From an uncultured Nitrososphaerales archaeon (lineage in GTDB: Archaea; Thermoproteota; Nitrososphaeria; Nitrososphaerales; Gagatemarchaeaceae), in contig OY970160.1 of the NCBI GenBank assembly GCA_963706445.1, positions 512,001 to 576,000 of the forward strand: 64,000 nt of DNA, read 5' to 3'. The position numbers and the translations under genes are program-made. Below are positions 47,055 through 55,955 of the stretch, piece after piece (position 1 is the stretch's first letter; every line of letters starts with the position of its first letter). Under the pieces are notes generated by a model, which was not told the origin of the DNA, did not search any database, and was given only the letters and a program-made list of their open reading frames with translations.

Positions 47055-47616
47055 GGCTGGCGTCTTCCTGGGCCACCACCGCTTTTAACGCGGCTTCCTT
47101 GACCACAGGCAAGCCGGCCGCCACCTCCTCGGCGAGCTCCTCGAGGAGCGGCTCCATCTCAGAGAGGTTGTCCCCCAGGTGCAGGCCGGGGCAGACCTGC
47201 TGGGCGTCTTCCAGGTAGCCCACGTTGCCGTCGGCGTCATAGTGGAACGGGTAAAGCCTGCAGGGGTGCGGCCTGGCTCCGTACACCGCGCACCTCTGGT
47301 CGTCCTTGAGGAACGGGCAAGCCTCGAAGGGCTTGACGTTGAGCTGGCTCAGGCCGAAGTCTCCCTCATGGGTGCAGTCCTTCACAAAGTCGAGGTTCGC
47401 CGGGGCCCTGGCGGCCAGGGCTTTGACGTCTCGAGGCAGGAGCGACAGGGCCCTGGGGTGGCAGCACTTCCCGCAGTCTGGCAGGCACTCGAACAGGATG
47501 AGCTTGCCTTCCTGGGTAACCGGGACCTGGACCTTGACGCCGTTCTTGGCCTGATACTGGGCGAAGGCGACGATGCGGGCGTTGGCCACCTTCGGGTCCA
47601 CGGCTGGGGGAGTCAT
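46996..47616 (-). CDS. YkgJ-family CxxCxxCC Fe/Zn-chelating protein
   Basis: CLPDCGKCC, CPFL, CAVYGARPHPCRLYPF, CPG. Confidence 0.8.
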   Translation of the reverse strand: MTPPAVDPKVANARIVAFAQYQAKNGVKVQVPVTQEGKLILFECLPDCGKCCHPRALSLLPRDVKALAARAPANLDFVKDCTHEGDFGLSQLNVKPFEACPFLKDDQRCAVYGARPHPCRLYPFHYDADGNVGYLEDAQQVCPGLHLGDNLSEMEPLLEELAEEVAAGLPVVKEAALKAVVAQEDASRVTISYPSPDASGSELSQP

Positions 47617-49385
47617 TCTTCCGTCGCATCCAGGGTCTTGTCGGTCAGCTTAAGGCCAATCGTCTTGACGCTGAGCGAGGCCGTCAGGGTCTTCGCGCTG
47701 AGCCTCACCGTGTGGTCCTTCTTGCTCAACATGACAGTCAGGGTCTTCGTGATGAGCCGGAGCGCTATGGCCAGGACCATCCTGGAGATGGCCGATGCGG
47801 CGAACCCTACCGCGAAGCTCGCAGACGCCGCCTGGCTGAACGCGAACCCGGGACTCATGGACAGGCCGAAGGACGCCTGGACCGACTGGCTGAGCAGCTC
47901 CGTCGCCGTGAACCCTACGCCGAAGCTCGCAAGCACGCCCTGGCTGACCACGAACGAGGCGCTGAACCCTATCCCGAAGGTTCCGGGCGCAGTCGCGCTC
48001 TGGACCCCGCCTGCGGCGACTGCGACGGCCGACATCCCGAGAGCGAACTCTGCAGCAACGGCCTGGCTCATCGTCTGGGCTGCCGAGAACTGGACGCCGA
48101 AGGTCCCGGAGACGAGGATGACGTTGACCTCGGCCGCAGCGAACCCTACCCCGAATGACGCTCCGACAGCCATCGTGTTCTTCTCAGCGGCGGACATGGC
48201 CAGCCCGAACGATGCGGCGACGGACTGGCTGAGAGACTCCGACGCTGAGAGCTGGATGCCGAAGGACGCTCCTATAGACACGACATTGATCTCCGAGGCC
48301 GTCAAGGCCACTCCGAACGAAGCAGCCGCCTTCTGTGTGAGCATCTGCTCAGCTGCAGACATCGCCACGCCGAACGACCCCGCTACGCCCTGGCTGAGAA
48401 GCTCGGCCGCTGTGAACCCGGCCCCGAACGATGCGCCTATGGCGACCGTGTTCTTCTCGGCTGCTGCCAAACCGACCCCGAAAGTCCCTGCGACCAGGAC
48501 GGCGTTCGCCTCGACCGCAGACATGGCTACCCCGAAAGACGCCCCGGTCGACATGATGTTCTTCTCTGCGGCGGACATCTGGACCCCGAAGACGCCAGCC
48601 GATGCCTGTTGCGGGAACGCCTCGGAGGCTGCCATCGCCACCCCGAAGGCCCCCGACGTCGCCTGACTCGCCATCTTCTCTGCAGCAACGAAGGCCGCTC
48701 CGAACGAGGCAGAGACCGCTTGGCTCATCTTCTGGGTAGCCGAGAGCCCGACGCCGAAAGAGGCCGCCACCGGGGCGGGGGATATGAGCTCGAGGATTAC
48801 CGCCTGCCATTGGGTCGACCCCGACCCCGTCTCGCCGACCGTGACGGAGCCGCCCGACGCGCTCTGAAGGTCGAGCAGGGACTCCGTGATGACGGTCCCG
48901 ACTACCTCGGTGTCCCTCTGGGTGACGCCCGCCCCCGATGCCGAGGTGGTGACGTTGAGGTTGACGACCCATCCGGCCACGGCCCAACTCTGCGCCCCGA
49001 CCGTCAGCGAAATCGTGCCGGGGTCTGACGTCCCTGCGGCCGAGGAGTTTACCCCTTCGGCGAGGACGCTCGAATAGGAGGCTGTCGACGCCCCGAACTT
49101 TCCGTTGGCCGAATTGGTTATGGCGATGACGTTAGAAGCGTTCGCGTGGGTCGCGCCCTTGCAAGTCCAGATTTCGACGTCCCTTGAGGCCGTGGCCCTG
49201 CCGACCCTCTTGGCGTAGGTGTTCCCTCCGGTGTCTGTGATGGTCGAGACGACGGTCGCCGCAAGTGCAGTAGCGACGACTACGACGATCCAGTCCCCGA
49301 GCGCGGTGTTGATGGCGGGAAGGTTGACGGTGTTGGTCGCGCTTGAGCCCTGAACCGCTCCCGTAATGTTGAAGGGGTTGGCCAT
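47613..49385 (-). CDS. Repeat-rich fibre protein (about 18 repeats of 18-19 aa)
   Basis: ASFGVG.SA.E repeats; N-terminal 200 aa paralogous to the tail-tip protein N-terminus; 9-aa L..K repeats at the C-terminus. Confidence 0.7.
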   Translation of the reverse strand: MANPFNITGAVQGSSATNTVNLPAINTALGDWIVVVVATALAATVVSTITDTGGNTYAKRVGRATASRDVEIWTCKGATHANASNVIAITNSANGKFGASTASYSSVLAEGVNSSAAGTSDPGTISLTVGAQSWAVAGWVVNLNVTTSASGAGVTQRDTEVVGTVITESLLDLQSASGGSVTVGETGSGSTQWQAVILELISPAPVAASFGVGLSATQKMSQAVSASFGAAFVAAEKMASQATSGAFGVAMAASEAFPQQASAGVFGVQMSAAEKNIMSTGASFGVAMSAVEANAVLVAGTFGVGLAAAEKNTVAIGASFGAGFTAAELLSQGVAGSFGVAMSAAEQMLTQKAAASFGVALTASEINVVSIGASFGIQLSASESLSQSVAASFGLAMSAAEKNTMAVGASFGVGFAAAEVNVILVSGTFGVQFSAAQTMSQAVAAEFALGMSAVAVAAGGVQSATAPGTFGIGFSASFVVSQGVLASFGVGFTATELLSQSVQASFGLSMSPGFAFSQAASASFAVGFAASAISRMVLAIALRLITKTLTVMLSKKDHTVRLSAKTLTASLSVKTIGLKLTDKTLDATEE

Positions 49386-49412
49386 CGCGGGGTCGTTTCG
49401 TCTGGTCCGGCT

Positions 49413-50153
49413 CTATAACTTGCCGACCGTCTCGCGCCTGACCCTGCCGTCCCACATCCTGAGGTGGACGCACTTGACGCGGGTGTCGACCCAGACGCCG
49501 TGGCCGGCCTTCTGGGCGATGAAGCAGAAGATGTGGTCCTCTGAGAAGACTATCTCTCCTCCTTCGACGTCGACGACGCGGGTGAGGTCGAACCTGACCC
49601 TGGGGTCGTCCAAGACCTTCCTGGAGATGAACATGCAGGCCGTGTTGACGGCGCCGACCTTCGCGAGATCTTCCTCGGGCATCTCCTTTGCGAACTGGAA
49701 GAACGGGCGGAAGTATCCGAACCCCGGCCTGAAGCGGCCGTCCTGGTCGGGGATGTTCACGAGGCCCCCGACGATGTCCTTGCCGTCTGCTATGAACCTC
49801 CTGATGGCGTCTCTCGGCGGCTGGACGTCCGAGTCGACGAACCAGCCGTAGTCGCTCCCCTTCGCCCGGGACAGGAGCAGGTTCCTGATGGCGCCGAGCT
49901 CCGTCATCCTATTGTGGTGGAAGTCCTCGTCGGCCCTCTGGGTTACTTCGTAGCGCATCACCTGGTGGTCGAGCCTGAAGTTCTCTTCCACGAAACGGGC
50001 CTGATCGTCTCCCTCCGCCGGGACCGCGAAGACGAACTTCAGCCTGTCCTTGGGCCAGTCAAGACGATACCACGAAGACCAGACCGGGAGCAGGTTCTCG
50101 TTGTGCTGAGGCTGCCCGCTCAGGGGAGTGAGGACGACGACGGAAGGGCGCAT
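49413..50153 (-). CDS. GT-A fold (GT2-like) glycosyltransferase
   Basis: RN.LL, WFVDSDV (DxD), KDIVGG, SEDHIFC, VWVDTRVKCVH. Confidence 0.8.
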   Translation of the reverse strand: MRPSVVVLTPLSGQPQHNENLLPVWSSWYRLDWPKDRLKFVFAVPAEGDDQARFVEENFRLDHQVMRYEVTQRADEDFHHNRMTELGAIRNLLLSRAKGSDYGWFVDSDVQPPRDAIRRFIADGKDIVGGLVNIPDQDGRFRPGFGYFRPFFQFAKEMPEEDLAKVGAVNTACMFISRKVLDDPRVRFDLTRVVDVEGGEIVFSEDHIFCFIAQKAGHGVWVDTRVKCVHLRMWDGRVRRETVGKL

Positions 50154-50163
50154 GGCGCCGGGC

Positions 50164-50850
50164 TTACGTCAGGGCGCCTGTGTAGGTGACGGTCAGGGTC
50201 CCTGTCGCGGAGACCGGGAATCCCGCCCCTGCGTTGACCGTGTCGTGGCAGATGAGGAACTGGAAGGTCGCCGACGTCATCACGAGGCCGACCTCCTTGT
50301 AGGTGATTGTCGCTCCTGAGCTGTTCGTGATGGTCGCCGTGATCGAGAGGTTGTTGTTGGCGCTGATCGCACCGACGAGGGCTTGGGCCGAGTAGTTCGT
50401 GGCGACGTTGTAGTTCGAGGTCGCTCCGCCTCCGAAGGTCTGGAGGTTGTAATCGTTGAAGTTCGGTCCTGTCGCGCCTGTCCCGGCCACGATGTAGGGC
50501 GGGATCGCGCCTCCGCTGTTCCCTGCTGAGACCGAGCGGTTGGTGTTGTTCACATCGAGGATGTTGACGGCCGCTCCGGCGATGCCTCCGAGGATCGCCT
50601 GGGCCATCCACTTGCCGAACTGGAGCGTCGAAAGGTCTGACCAGCACTCGCCGACTATGCCTCCCTGGCAGTCTGCGAACTTGTCCAGGAGGACCGTCCC
50701 GTCTGACTGGGCCTTGCCTGCCGGGAAGTGGGCGTAGCCGTGCTCCGGGCACGGGTCCCTGGCGACGATGTGGGTCGACATCTTTGGACCGAAACCGCCC
50801 ATGGTTGCTGGAGGAGTTGTCTCGCGTGGAATCGGTAGCGATGCCGACAT
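50164..50850 (-). CDS. Structural protein (fibre-attachment-like), similar in type to 35686-36285
   Basis: IVAGTGATGP...DYNL and ITYKEVGL motifs. Confidence 0.55.
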   Translation of the reverse strand: MSASLPIPRETTPPATMGGFGPKMSTHIVARDPCPEHGYAHFPAGKAQSDGTVLLDKFADCQGGIVGECWSDLSTLQFGKWMAQAILGGIAGAAVNILDVNNTNRSVSAGNSGGAIPPYIVAGTGATGPNFNDYNLQTFGGGATSNYNVATNYSAQALVGAISANNNLSITATITNSSGATITYKEVGLVMTSATFQFLICHDTVNAGAGFPVSATGTLTVTYTGALT

Positions 50851-50878
50851 CAGACTCAGACGAACGTCGGTCGGCTCT

Positions 50879-51232
50879 TTAACCTGCGCTCGGAACGACT
50901 GCGACGATGAAGGTGTCGATGTTGTTCTCGACGTAGCTGGCCTTCGTGAGCTCTACTTCGCCGTTGAAGTTCGTGACCTGGGTCGGGATGGCTGCTGCCT
51001 TCAGGGCTGCCGCATCCGCCGGCGTCGGGGTCCAGCAGGCGACCCCGTTAGCCAGGGGTGCGACCCCGGGGATGACCACCGACAGGGCCAGGACCGCAGG
51101 GTCGTCCAGCCAGACCTTCAGCGTAATCGTGAACCCTGTCAGGTCGACCACCGTCTTGCCGTCGTTCTGTGTGACCGTGATGTTCACCGGGAAGCCGTAG
51201 TTCCCGGCCTTGATCTGCAGGGTCTGGGTCAA
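50879..51232 (-). CDS. BppU-like adaptor/structural protein
   Basis: IKAGN...DG..VVDLTG.T...NG.....P...D....F.GEVELT. Confidence 0.5.
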   Translation of the reverse strand: MTQTLQIKAGNYGFPVNITVTQNDGKTVVDLTGFTITLKVWLDDPAVLALSVVIPGVAPLANGVACWTPTPADAAALKAAAIPTQVTNFNGEVELTKASYVENNIDTFIVAVVPSAG

Positions 51233-52770
51233 CTCGGCGCCACCGACTCCGCCCCTTCACCTGGGGCCTCGGACGGCGCAGTCACCTGCTCGAGCGTGAT
51301 GCCTCCGGGCGGCTGCGGTCCGGTCGGGTTCGGGCCGATGACGCTCTCCAGGGCGATGGGCCTCCAGACGTGGGCGATGTAGACCTCGGGCTCGTAGTCG
51401 TCCTCTGCAACCTCCGTGCCATCTTTGGCCTTGTTCAGGCCTGCGTCCATGCACCACTTCTTGACGAGCGGGGCATACCACCTCGCCTCGAGCTGACCGC
51501 CATACTGGGTCTGGTCGTCGGCCACAACCCCGTTGATGAACATGAGCGCCTGGATCTCCGCTGTGGCCCTGTTGACGTTGTGCTCCCTGTTCAGCAGGAA
51601 CCTCGGGACCTGGAAGTTGCCTATGAGCTCGTTGTCCAGGTTCTCCTTGGCCGTGATGAGCTTGTCGAGGTCCGGCGAGATGTCGAGCTTCTGGAACGTG
51701 ACCTTCTGGTTGACGCCGATGAACTTGCCGGGCGCAAGGTTGGCGTTATCCAGGACGCTGTTGATTATGGACGCGGCGGCCGCGGGGCTCTGCCTCTCGG
51801 TGTCAATCTGCAGCAGCCCTGCCGGCGCCCAGAGGCTCTTAGCGACTTCCTGGATGGCCTCCTGGAGCAGGAACCTGCGAGCCTGCAGCGGCCAGCTGAT
51901 GGGCTCTATCTCGGACAGGCCGACGTGCTCGCCAAGTATCTCGTTGTTGGTGAAGTGCAGGACGTCCTCCGGTGGCAGGATGTTCGTGTCTGCTCCGACG
52001 CTGATGTCCGCCCTGATGCCGTAGTAGAGCCAGTGGTCTATCTCTCCCGATGCCCTGTCGATGCGCGGCCACATGGCCCAGGGCTCGAGCTCGATGAGCT
52101 TGGTCGGCTCTCCCTTGGCGTCCCTGAAGATGAAGAACGCCGCCAAGCCGCAGACCTTCCCGAACGTGATGGCCTCGCGCATGATGGCGTCGATGTTGAA
52201 CTTCCTGTTCATGCCGTCGATGTAGTCTTTCAAGCCTCCGTAGACCTTCATCGGGTCCTCGTAGACGTCCGTCGTGGCGGTGGTCTTGATAGGCGGAGCC
52301 GGAGGCTGTCCTTTGGCTACTGGGACGGGCGTGGTCGTGACCGTAGTCTTGGTGCCGCGCTTGTGGGCGCTGGGGTTGACCCACTTGACGACGGTGTCCG
52401 CGCCTTCCTTCGTGACCCACTGGGCCCGGATCTGGACCGACTGCCTGACGATGCTGTCCCGCTTGAACTCCCTGAACCACTTGTCCATGGCGTCGTAGGC
52501 GATGGACCTGGCGAAGGTGACGTCCCCGCCGCCATACTGCAGCCTGAACTGCCAGCCGACGCCCCTGCCTGTGGTGCTCCCTGGGGTCCTGGCTCTCCTG
52601 AACTGGCCGTCCGCGACCGGCTTAAGGCCAGCCTCTTTCCTGAGCTCGTTGAAGCTCCTGGCCACGGCGTCGTCGTGCAACTTCTCGTCGGCGACCTGAA
52701 GCTCGAAGTCCGTGTCCGGCCCCTTCTTGGTGCTCGCTACCGCCTCGACAGGCTCCCTTGGCTTGGCCAA
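51229..52770 (-). CDS. Portal protein
   Basis: 513 aa after TerL; GLAAF, PEDVLHF, GLSEIEP, FQVPRFLL, NRATAE. Confidence 0.85.
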   Translation of the reverse strand: MAKPREPVEAVASTKKGPDTDFELQVADEKLHDDAVARSFNELRKEAGLKPVADGQFRRARTPGSTTGRGVGWQFRLQYGGGDVTFARSIAYDAMDKWFREFKRDSIVRQSVQIRAQWVTKEGADTVVKWVNPSAHKRGTKTTVTTTPVPVAKGQPPAPPIKTTATTDVYEDPMKVYGGLKDYIDGMNRKFNIDAIMREAITFGKVCGLAAFFIFRDAKGEPTKLIELEPWAMWPRIDRASGEIDHWLYYGIRADISVGADTNILPPEDVLHFTNNEILGEHVGLSEIEPISWPLQARRFLLQEAIQEVAKSLWAPAGLLQIDTERQSPAAAASIINSVLDNANLAPGKFIGVNQKVTFQKLDISPDLDKLITAKENLDNELIGNFQVPRFLLNREHNVNRATAEIQALMFINGVVADDQTQYGGQLEARWYAPLVKKWCMDAGLNKAKDGTEVAEDDYEPEVYIAHVWRPIALESVIGPNPTGPQPPGGITLEQVTAPSEAPGEGAESVAPS

Positions 52771-52771
52771 C

Positions 52772-52948
52772 TTACTCGGACCTGTCGCTGGCCTCCGATA
52801 TTATCGTGACACCTGGCCTGTCCAGGCCTTCGTCGGACCACCGCTTCCTGGTCTTGGTCTTCCTGGAGACCGCTACTGCAGTAGGCTCGGTCGGCTTCTC
52901 CTTCAGCGGCTCGCCGAGCTTCAGAGCGTGAGGCTCTTCGTCGCTCAT
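52772..52948 (-). CDS. Small hypothetical protein
   Basis: ATGA overlap with upstream gene; 58 aa. Confidence 0.35.
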   Translation of the reverse strand: MSDEEPHALKLGEPLKEKPTEPTAVAVSRKTKTRKRWSDEGLDRPGVTIISEASDRSE

Positions 52949-53187
52949 TTGACTGTCCCTCCTTCGAGGCGGTGGTGCAGACGGGACCGTGTGACCTTGT
53001 TCTGGACTGTCCCGACTTTCAGTCCCAGTAAGGATGAGATCTTCAGCAGAGGGACGCCGCCCTCGAAGAGCCGCTTGAGCACGGACACCTCCTTTTCGGT
53101 CCAATGATGATAATTGACTTGGTTTTCAGCGATCATTTTGTCGAGTTCCTTCTCGAGGTCCTTGCCGGACAGTTCGAGGAGCTTCAT
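52945..53187 (-). CDS. Small HTH protein
   Basis: WTEKEV..LKRLF..G.....IS..LG....TVQNK. Confidence 0.55.
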   Translation of the reverse strand: MKLLELSGKDLEKELDKMIAENQVNYHHWTEKEVSVLKRLFEGGVPLLKISSLLGLKVGTVQNKVTRSRLHHRLEGGTVK

Positions 53188-53972
53188 GCTTTCACTCTTG
53201 GAGGCTTTGCCTCTCGTAGGTTGTATAGCTTCGAGTCCCAGTCGTAGGCGTTTCCATCGACTGCGAACCTGACCGAGCCGATGTCAGGGATGGAGCCGGC
53301 AGATGTCTTGCGCTGCACGAACCAGGTCTGGAGCTGCCAGCATGGAGTGAGCAAAGCAAGCTTGGAGGACGAGCCGACGTACCAGTAGTAGTGGTTGTGG
53401 GACCTGACCAAGACGTCGAAGGGCCATTTGTGGCTCTGGTTCAGCTGTGCGAGCATCATCTCCTTGGCCGGAGGCGTCGAGCGATACATCCAGCCTGAGA
53501 CGGAGCCCGAGATATGGTGGGCGAAGCTGAACGTGACCCCTTCGACGTCCAAGAACAGCTCGTTGGAGACGAACCTACCGTCGACCTTTTCGGCGCCTAT
53601 GCGCTGACCGAATATCTCCTCGATGGAGACGCCGCCTTGCTCGACGTGATAGTTACTGCCCCTGGTGACGTAGGTCTTCTTGGCACCGAACATCTTAACC
53701 AGGCCCACCGAGGCGTCTATCTGGTCGAGGTAGTTGGTGGTCCATGCTTCCACGCCCTTATCCTTTGGCTGCTGGCCGTCGATGGGCTCGCCATTGATGA
53801 CAAGTATGTCGGGGTTCTTCCAGGCTTTGACGGTCTCGATCCATGCTCTGTGCAATGCACGCTGGACCTTGTTGGCAGTGTAGGTGGCGTCGTTCGAGTC
53901 GGTGAAGACAAGTGGACAGACGGCGAGCCTGTGGCCGACGTGGATGTCGCTCAGCACCAAGACGGTCTTCAT
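53184..53972 (-). CDS. Calcineurin-like metallophosphoesterase
   Basis: SDIHVG, INGEPIDG, GSNYH, AHH, SHNH. Confidence 0.8.
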   Translation of the reverse strand: MKTVLVLSDIHVGHRLAVCPLVFTDSNDATYTANKVQRALHRAWIETVKAWKNPDILVINGEPIDGQQPKDKGVEAWTTNYLDQIDASVGLVKMFGAKKTYVTRGSNYHVEQGGVSIEEIFGQRIGAEKVDGRFVSNELFLDVEGVTFSFAHHISGSVSGWMYRSTPPAKEMMLAQLNQSHKWPFDVLVRSHNHYYWYVGSSSKLALLTPCWQLQTWFVQRKTSAGSIPDIGSVRFAVDGNAYDWDSKLYNLREAKPPRVKA

Positions 53973-54166
53973 AGCCTGGCTCCGCACTCGCACTCATGGG
54001 TCTTGTGCGGGTTGTTCATGACGACCGGGGGCATCGAACGGACGGCGACGCTGAACCTCGGGACCTTGCAGGCGTGCCTGGAGCGGGCCTTCCCGTCGGC
54101 TCCTCTGTGGTAGCTCCTCCAGGTGACGCCACAGGCGGGGACCTGGACCTGGACCTTGCTCATCAT
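53969..54166 (-). CDS. Small Cys/His-rich protein
   Basis: CG...HAC...HECECG; overlapped start/stop. Confidence 0.4.
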   Translation of the reverse strand: MMSKVQVQVPACGVTWRSYHRGADGKARSRHACKVPRFSVAVRSMPPVVMNNPHKTHECECGARL

Positions 54167-55533
54167 GGCTCCCGCGTCCATCTCCTCAGGGCCACCATGA
54201 AAGCGTCCAACGAATCCATGCTGCTCTTCCCCGACTTGTCGACCTTGCGGCCGCCTTTGGCCCACCGTGCGTTCTTCAGCTGCCAGAGCAGGGTCTTGAA
54301 CCTGGGGCTTATCCGCACCCTGCGCTTCTCGAGCATCAGCTGGGTCGACGTTATCATGGACGGCAGCTCGGAGCCGAAGCTGACGGGCTTGCAGTAGACG
54401 CCCAGCTGGTCGAGCTCCTGGATGAACGGCATGTTGCTGGCGTCACAGGCCGCCCCGGTGTATCCGTCCTGGACGTAGAGGTTGGTGATGGCCACGCTCA
54501 TGTCATGGAAGTTGGGCCTCTCGTACTCCTCGGCAGCGATCACATAGAGCGCGTCGCCTCTGTCTTCGATGCCGCAGACGGCGAACATGGAGCTGCCGAA
54601 CCCGGTGTCAACCCCGATCTCCTTCTCGAACTCAGCCCTGGGCGCCAGGTCGTAAGGCTCCACGCAGGCGTCGACGTCATCGGGCCTGAAGACGTCACCA
54701 GTGCCTGCCTGGGGCTGCCCGAGCCAGAAGACTTTGTAGTTGCTCGACGGGTTGGCCATGGCCCTGCGTGCCTCGTCGATCTGCACCGCCAGCGGCTGGA
54801 TCCAGGGCCTGCGGTCCACTTCGTGGATGAAAGGAGGCTCGGTCTCAGCCCATGGGTGCTTCATCCAGGGGCCATAGCGGTTGTAGCCCCACTCGTCGGC
54901 GTTCTTCCACGTCTCCATGAAGATTGGGTCCTGGTAATAGGGCGCCGATGCGAGGATTCGAACCCCTCCGGTGGTGACGGACGCAAGCGCCCCGGACAGG
55001 ACTTCGCCGCCCTGGGTCTTCGACGCGAGGACCGCCTCGTCAGCCATGACGATATGAGGGTGCCAGCCGTGGGCGCTGTAGTAGCTGCTGGCGTAGACGC
55101 GGATCTCAGCACCGCCTTTGAGCTTGGCTGTCACAGCGAGTGGTTCTTCGTCCAGGAAGGCCCAGGTGTGTTTGCCGGTTCTGAGGAGGTGTTTGACATG
55201 GCCGTAGGTGATCTTGGCCTGGTCCTCCGAGCCAGCTATGACTCCGACGTTCTTGAACGGCGAGTACAGCATCAGCTCGATGGCGAGTATGCTCAGGGTG
55301 AGGCTCTTGGCGGTCTCCTTGGCGCCCATGATTATTGAGTCGTGGGGATTATTCCAGAACTCGGTCAGGAATGCGCCTCTGTCTTCCTTTTCACTGAGCC
55401 AATCGAGTCCTTCCCATTCTTGCTTGGCGAAGGCTATCGGGTCAACGAAGTCAGGCAGAGCCACCTCGGTCACGTCCTGGCTGAGCTTCCTGTGTTCGAG
55501 GCCTGGGAACTGCGCCTGCCGAGGCAGTTTCAC
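54163..55533 (-). CDS. Terminase large subunit
   Basis: Walker A-like GAKETAKS, Walker B IVMADEA, LASAP, nuclease IGVDTG and DSLDA. Confidence 0.88.
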   Translation of the reverse strand: MKLPRQAQFPGLEHRKLSQDVTEVALPDFVDPIAFAKQEWEGLDWLSEKEDRGAFLTEFWNNPHDSIIMGAKETAKSLTLSILAIELMLYSPFKNVGVIAGSEDQAKITYGHVKHLLRTGKHTWAFLDEEPLAVTAKLKGGAEIRVYASSYYSAHGWHPHIVMADEAVLASKTQGGEVLSGALASVTTGGVRILASAPYYQDPIFMETWKNADEWGYNRYGPWMKHPWAETEPPFIHEVDRRPWIQPLAVQIDEARRAMANPSSNYKVFWLGQPQAGTGDVFRPDDVDACVEPYDLAPRAEFEKEIGVDTGFGSSMFAVCGIEDRGDALYVIAAEEYERPNFHDMSVAITNLYVQDGYTGAACDASNMPFIQELDQLGVYCKPVSFGSELPSMITSTQLMLEKRRVRISPRFKTLLWQLKNARWAKGGRKVDKSGKSSMDSLDAFMVALRRWTREP

Positions 55534-55535
55534 GT

Positions 55536-55946
55536 TCAGACGCCTTCTGTCTCTGGGTTCACTCTGGGCTTAGCATGGGCTACGTCGGCTGTGTAGCCGA
55601 GGAGGTTGATCCGCGTGACTTCCCCTTCGATCATCGCCCTGTTGGCCTCGATCTTGTCTCTGGGGGTCGCTTTCTCGTCCTGCATTATGGCGGCGAGGTT
55701 CGCCTGTGCGGCTTCGATGGTCTCGACAGAAAGCCTGAACTGGTCGGCCATGCCTTCGTAGGCCGTCTCTCTTGCCCATTTGCCTGCGCTCCGGCTGATC
55801 ACCCTGATGTCGCGGTACAGGGTGCGCTCGCTGTATTCACCGTACTTCTCCGCGACCTTGGAGACGATGGTCTCTACGCTGAAACGGTTGGCTCTAAGCC
55901 GCCTCACGAGGTTCCTGCGGTTGACCAGCGTTTGGGCGTCTGTCAA
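55536..55946 (-). CDS. Terminase small subunit (putative)
   Basis: N-terminal HTH (SERTLYRDI) plus helical body immediately upstream of TerL. Confidence 0.6.
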   Translation of the reverse strand: MTDAQTLVNRRNLVRRLRANRFSVETIVSKVAEKYGEYSERTLYRDIRVISRSAGKWARETAYEGMADQFRLSVETIEAAQANLAAIMQDEKATPRDKIEANRAMIEGEVTRINLLGYTADVAHAKPRVNPETEGV

Positions 55947-55955
55947 CTTATGACC

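Noticed and set aside
47613-48780. CRISPR-like periodicity
   Set aside because: The period is an in-frame protein repeat with degenerate DNA; no identical repeats with unique spacers and no cas genes
39300-49385. Diversity-generating retroelement suggested by the duplicated fibre domain
   Set aside because: No reverse transcriptase in the window, and the differences are not adenine-specific
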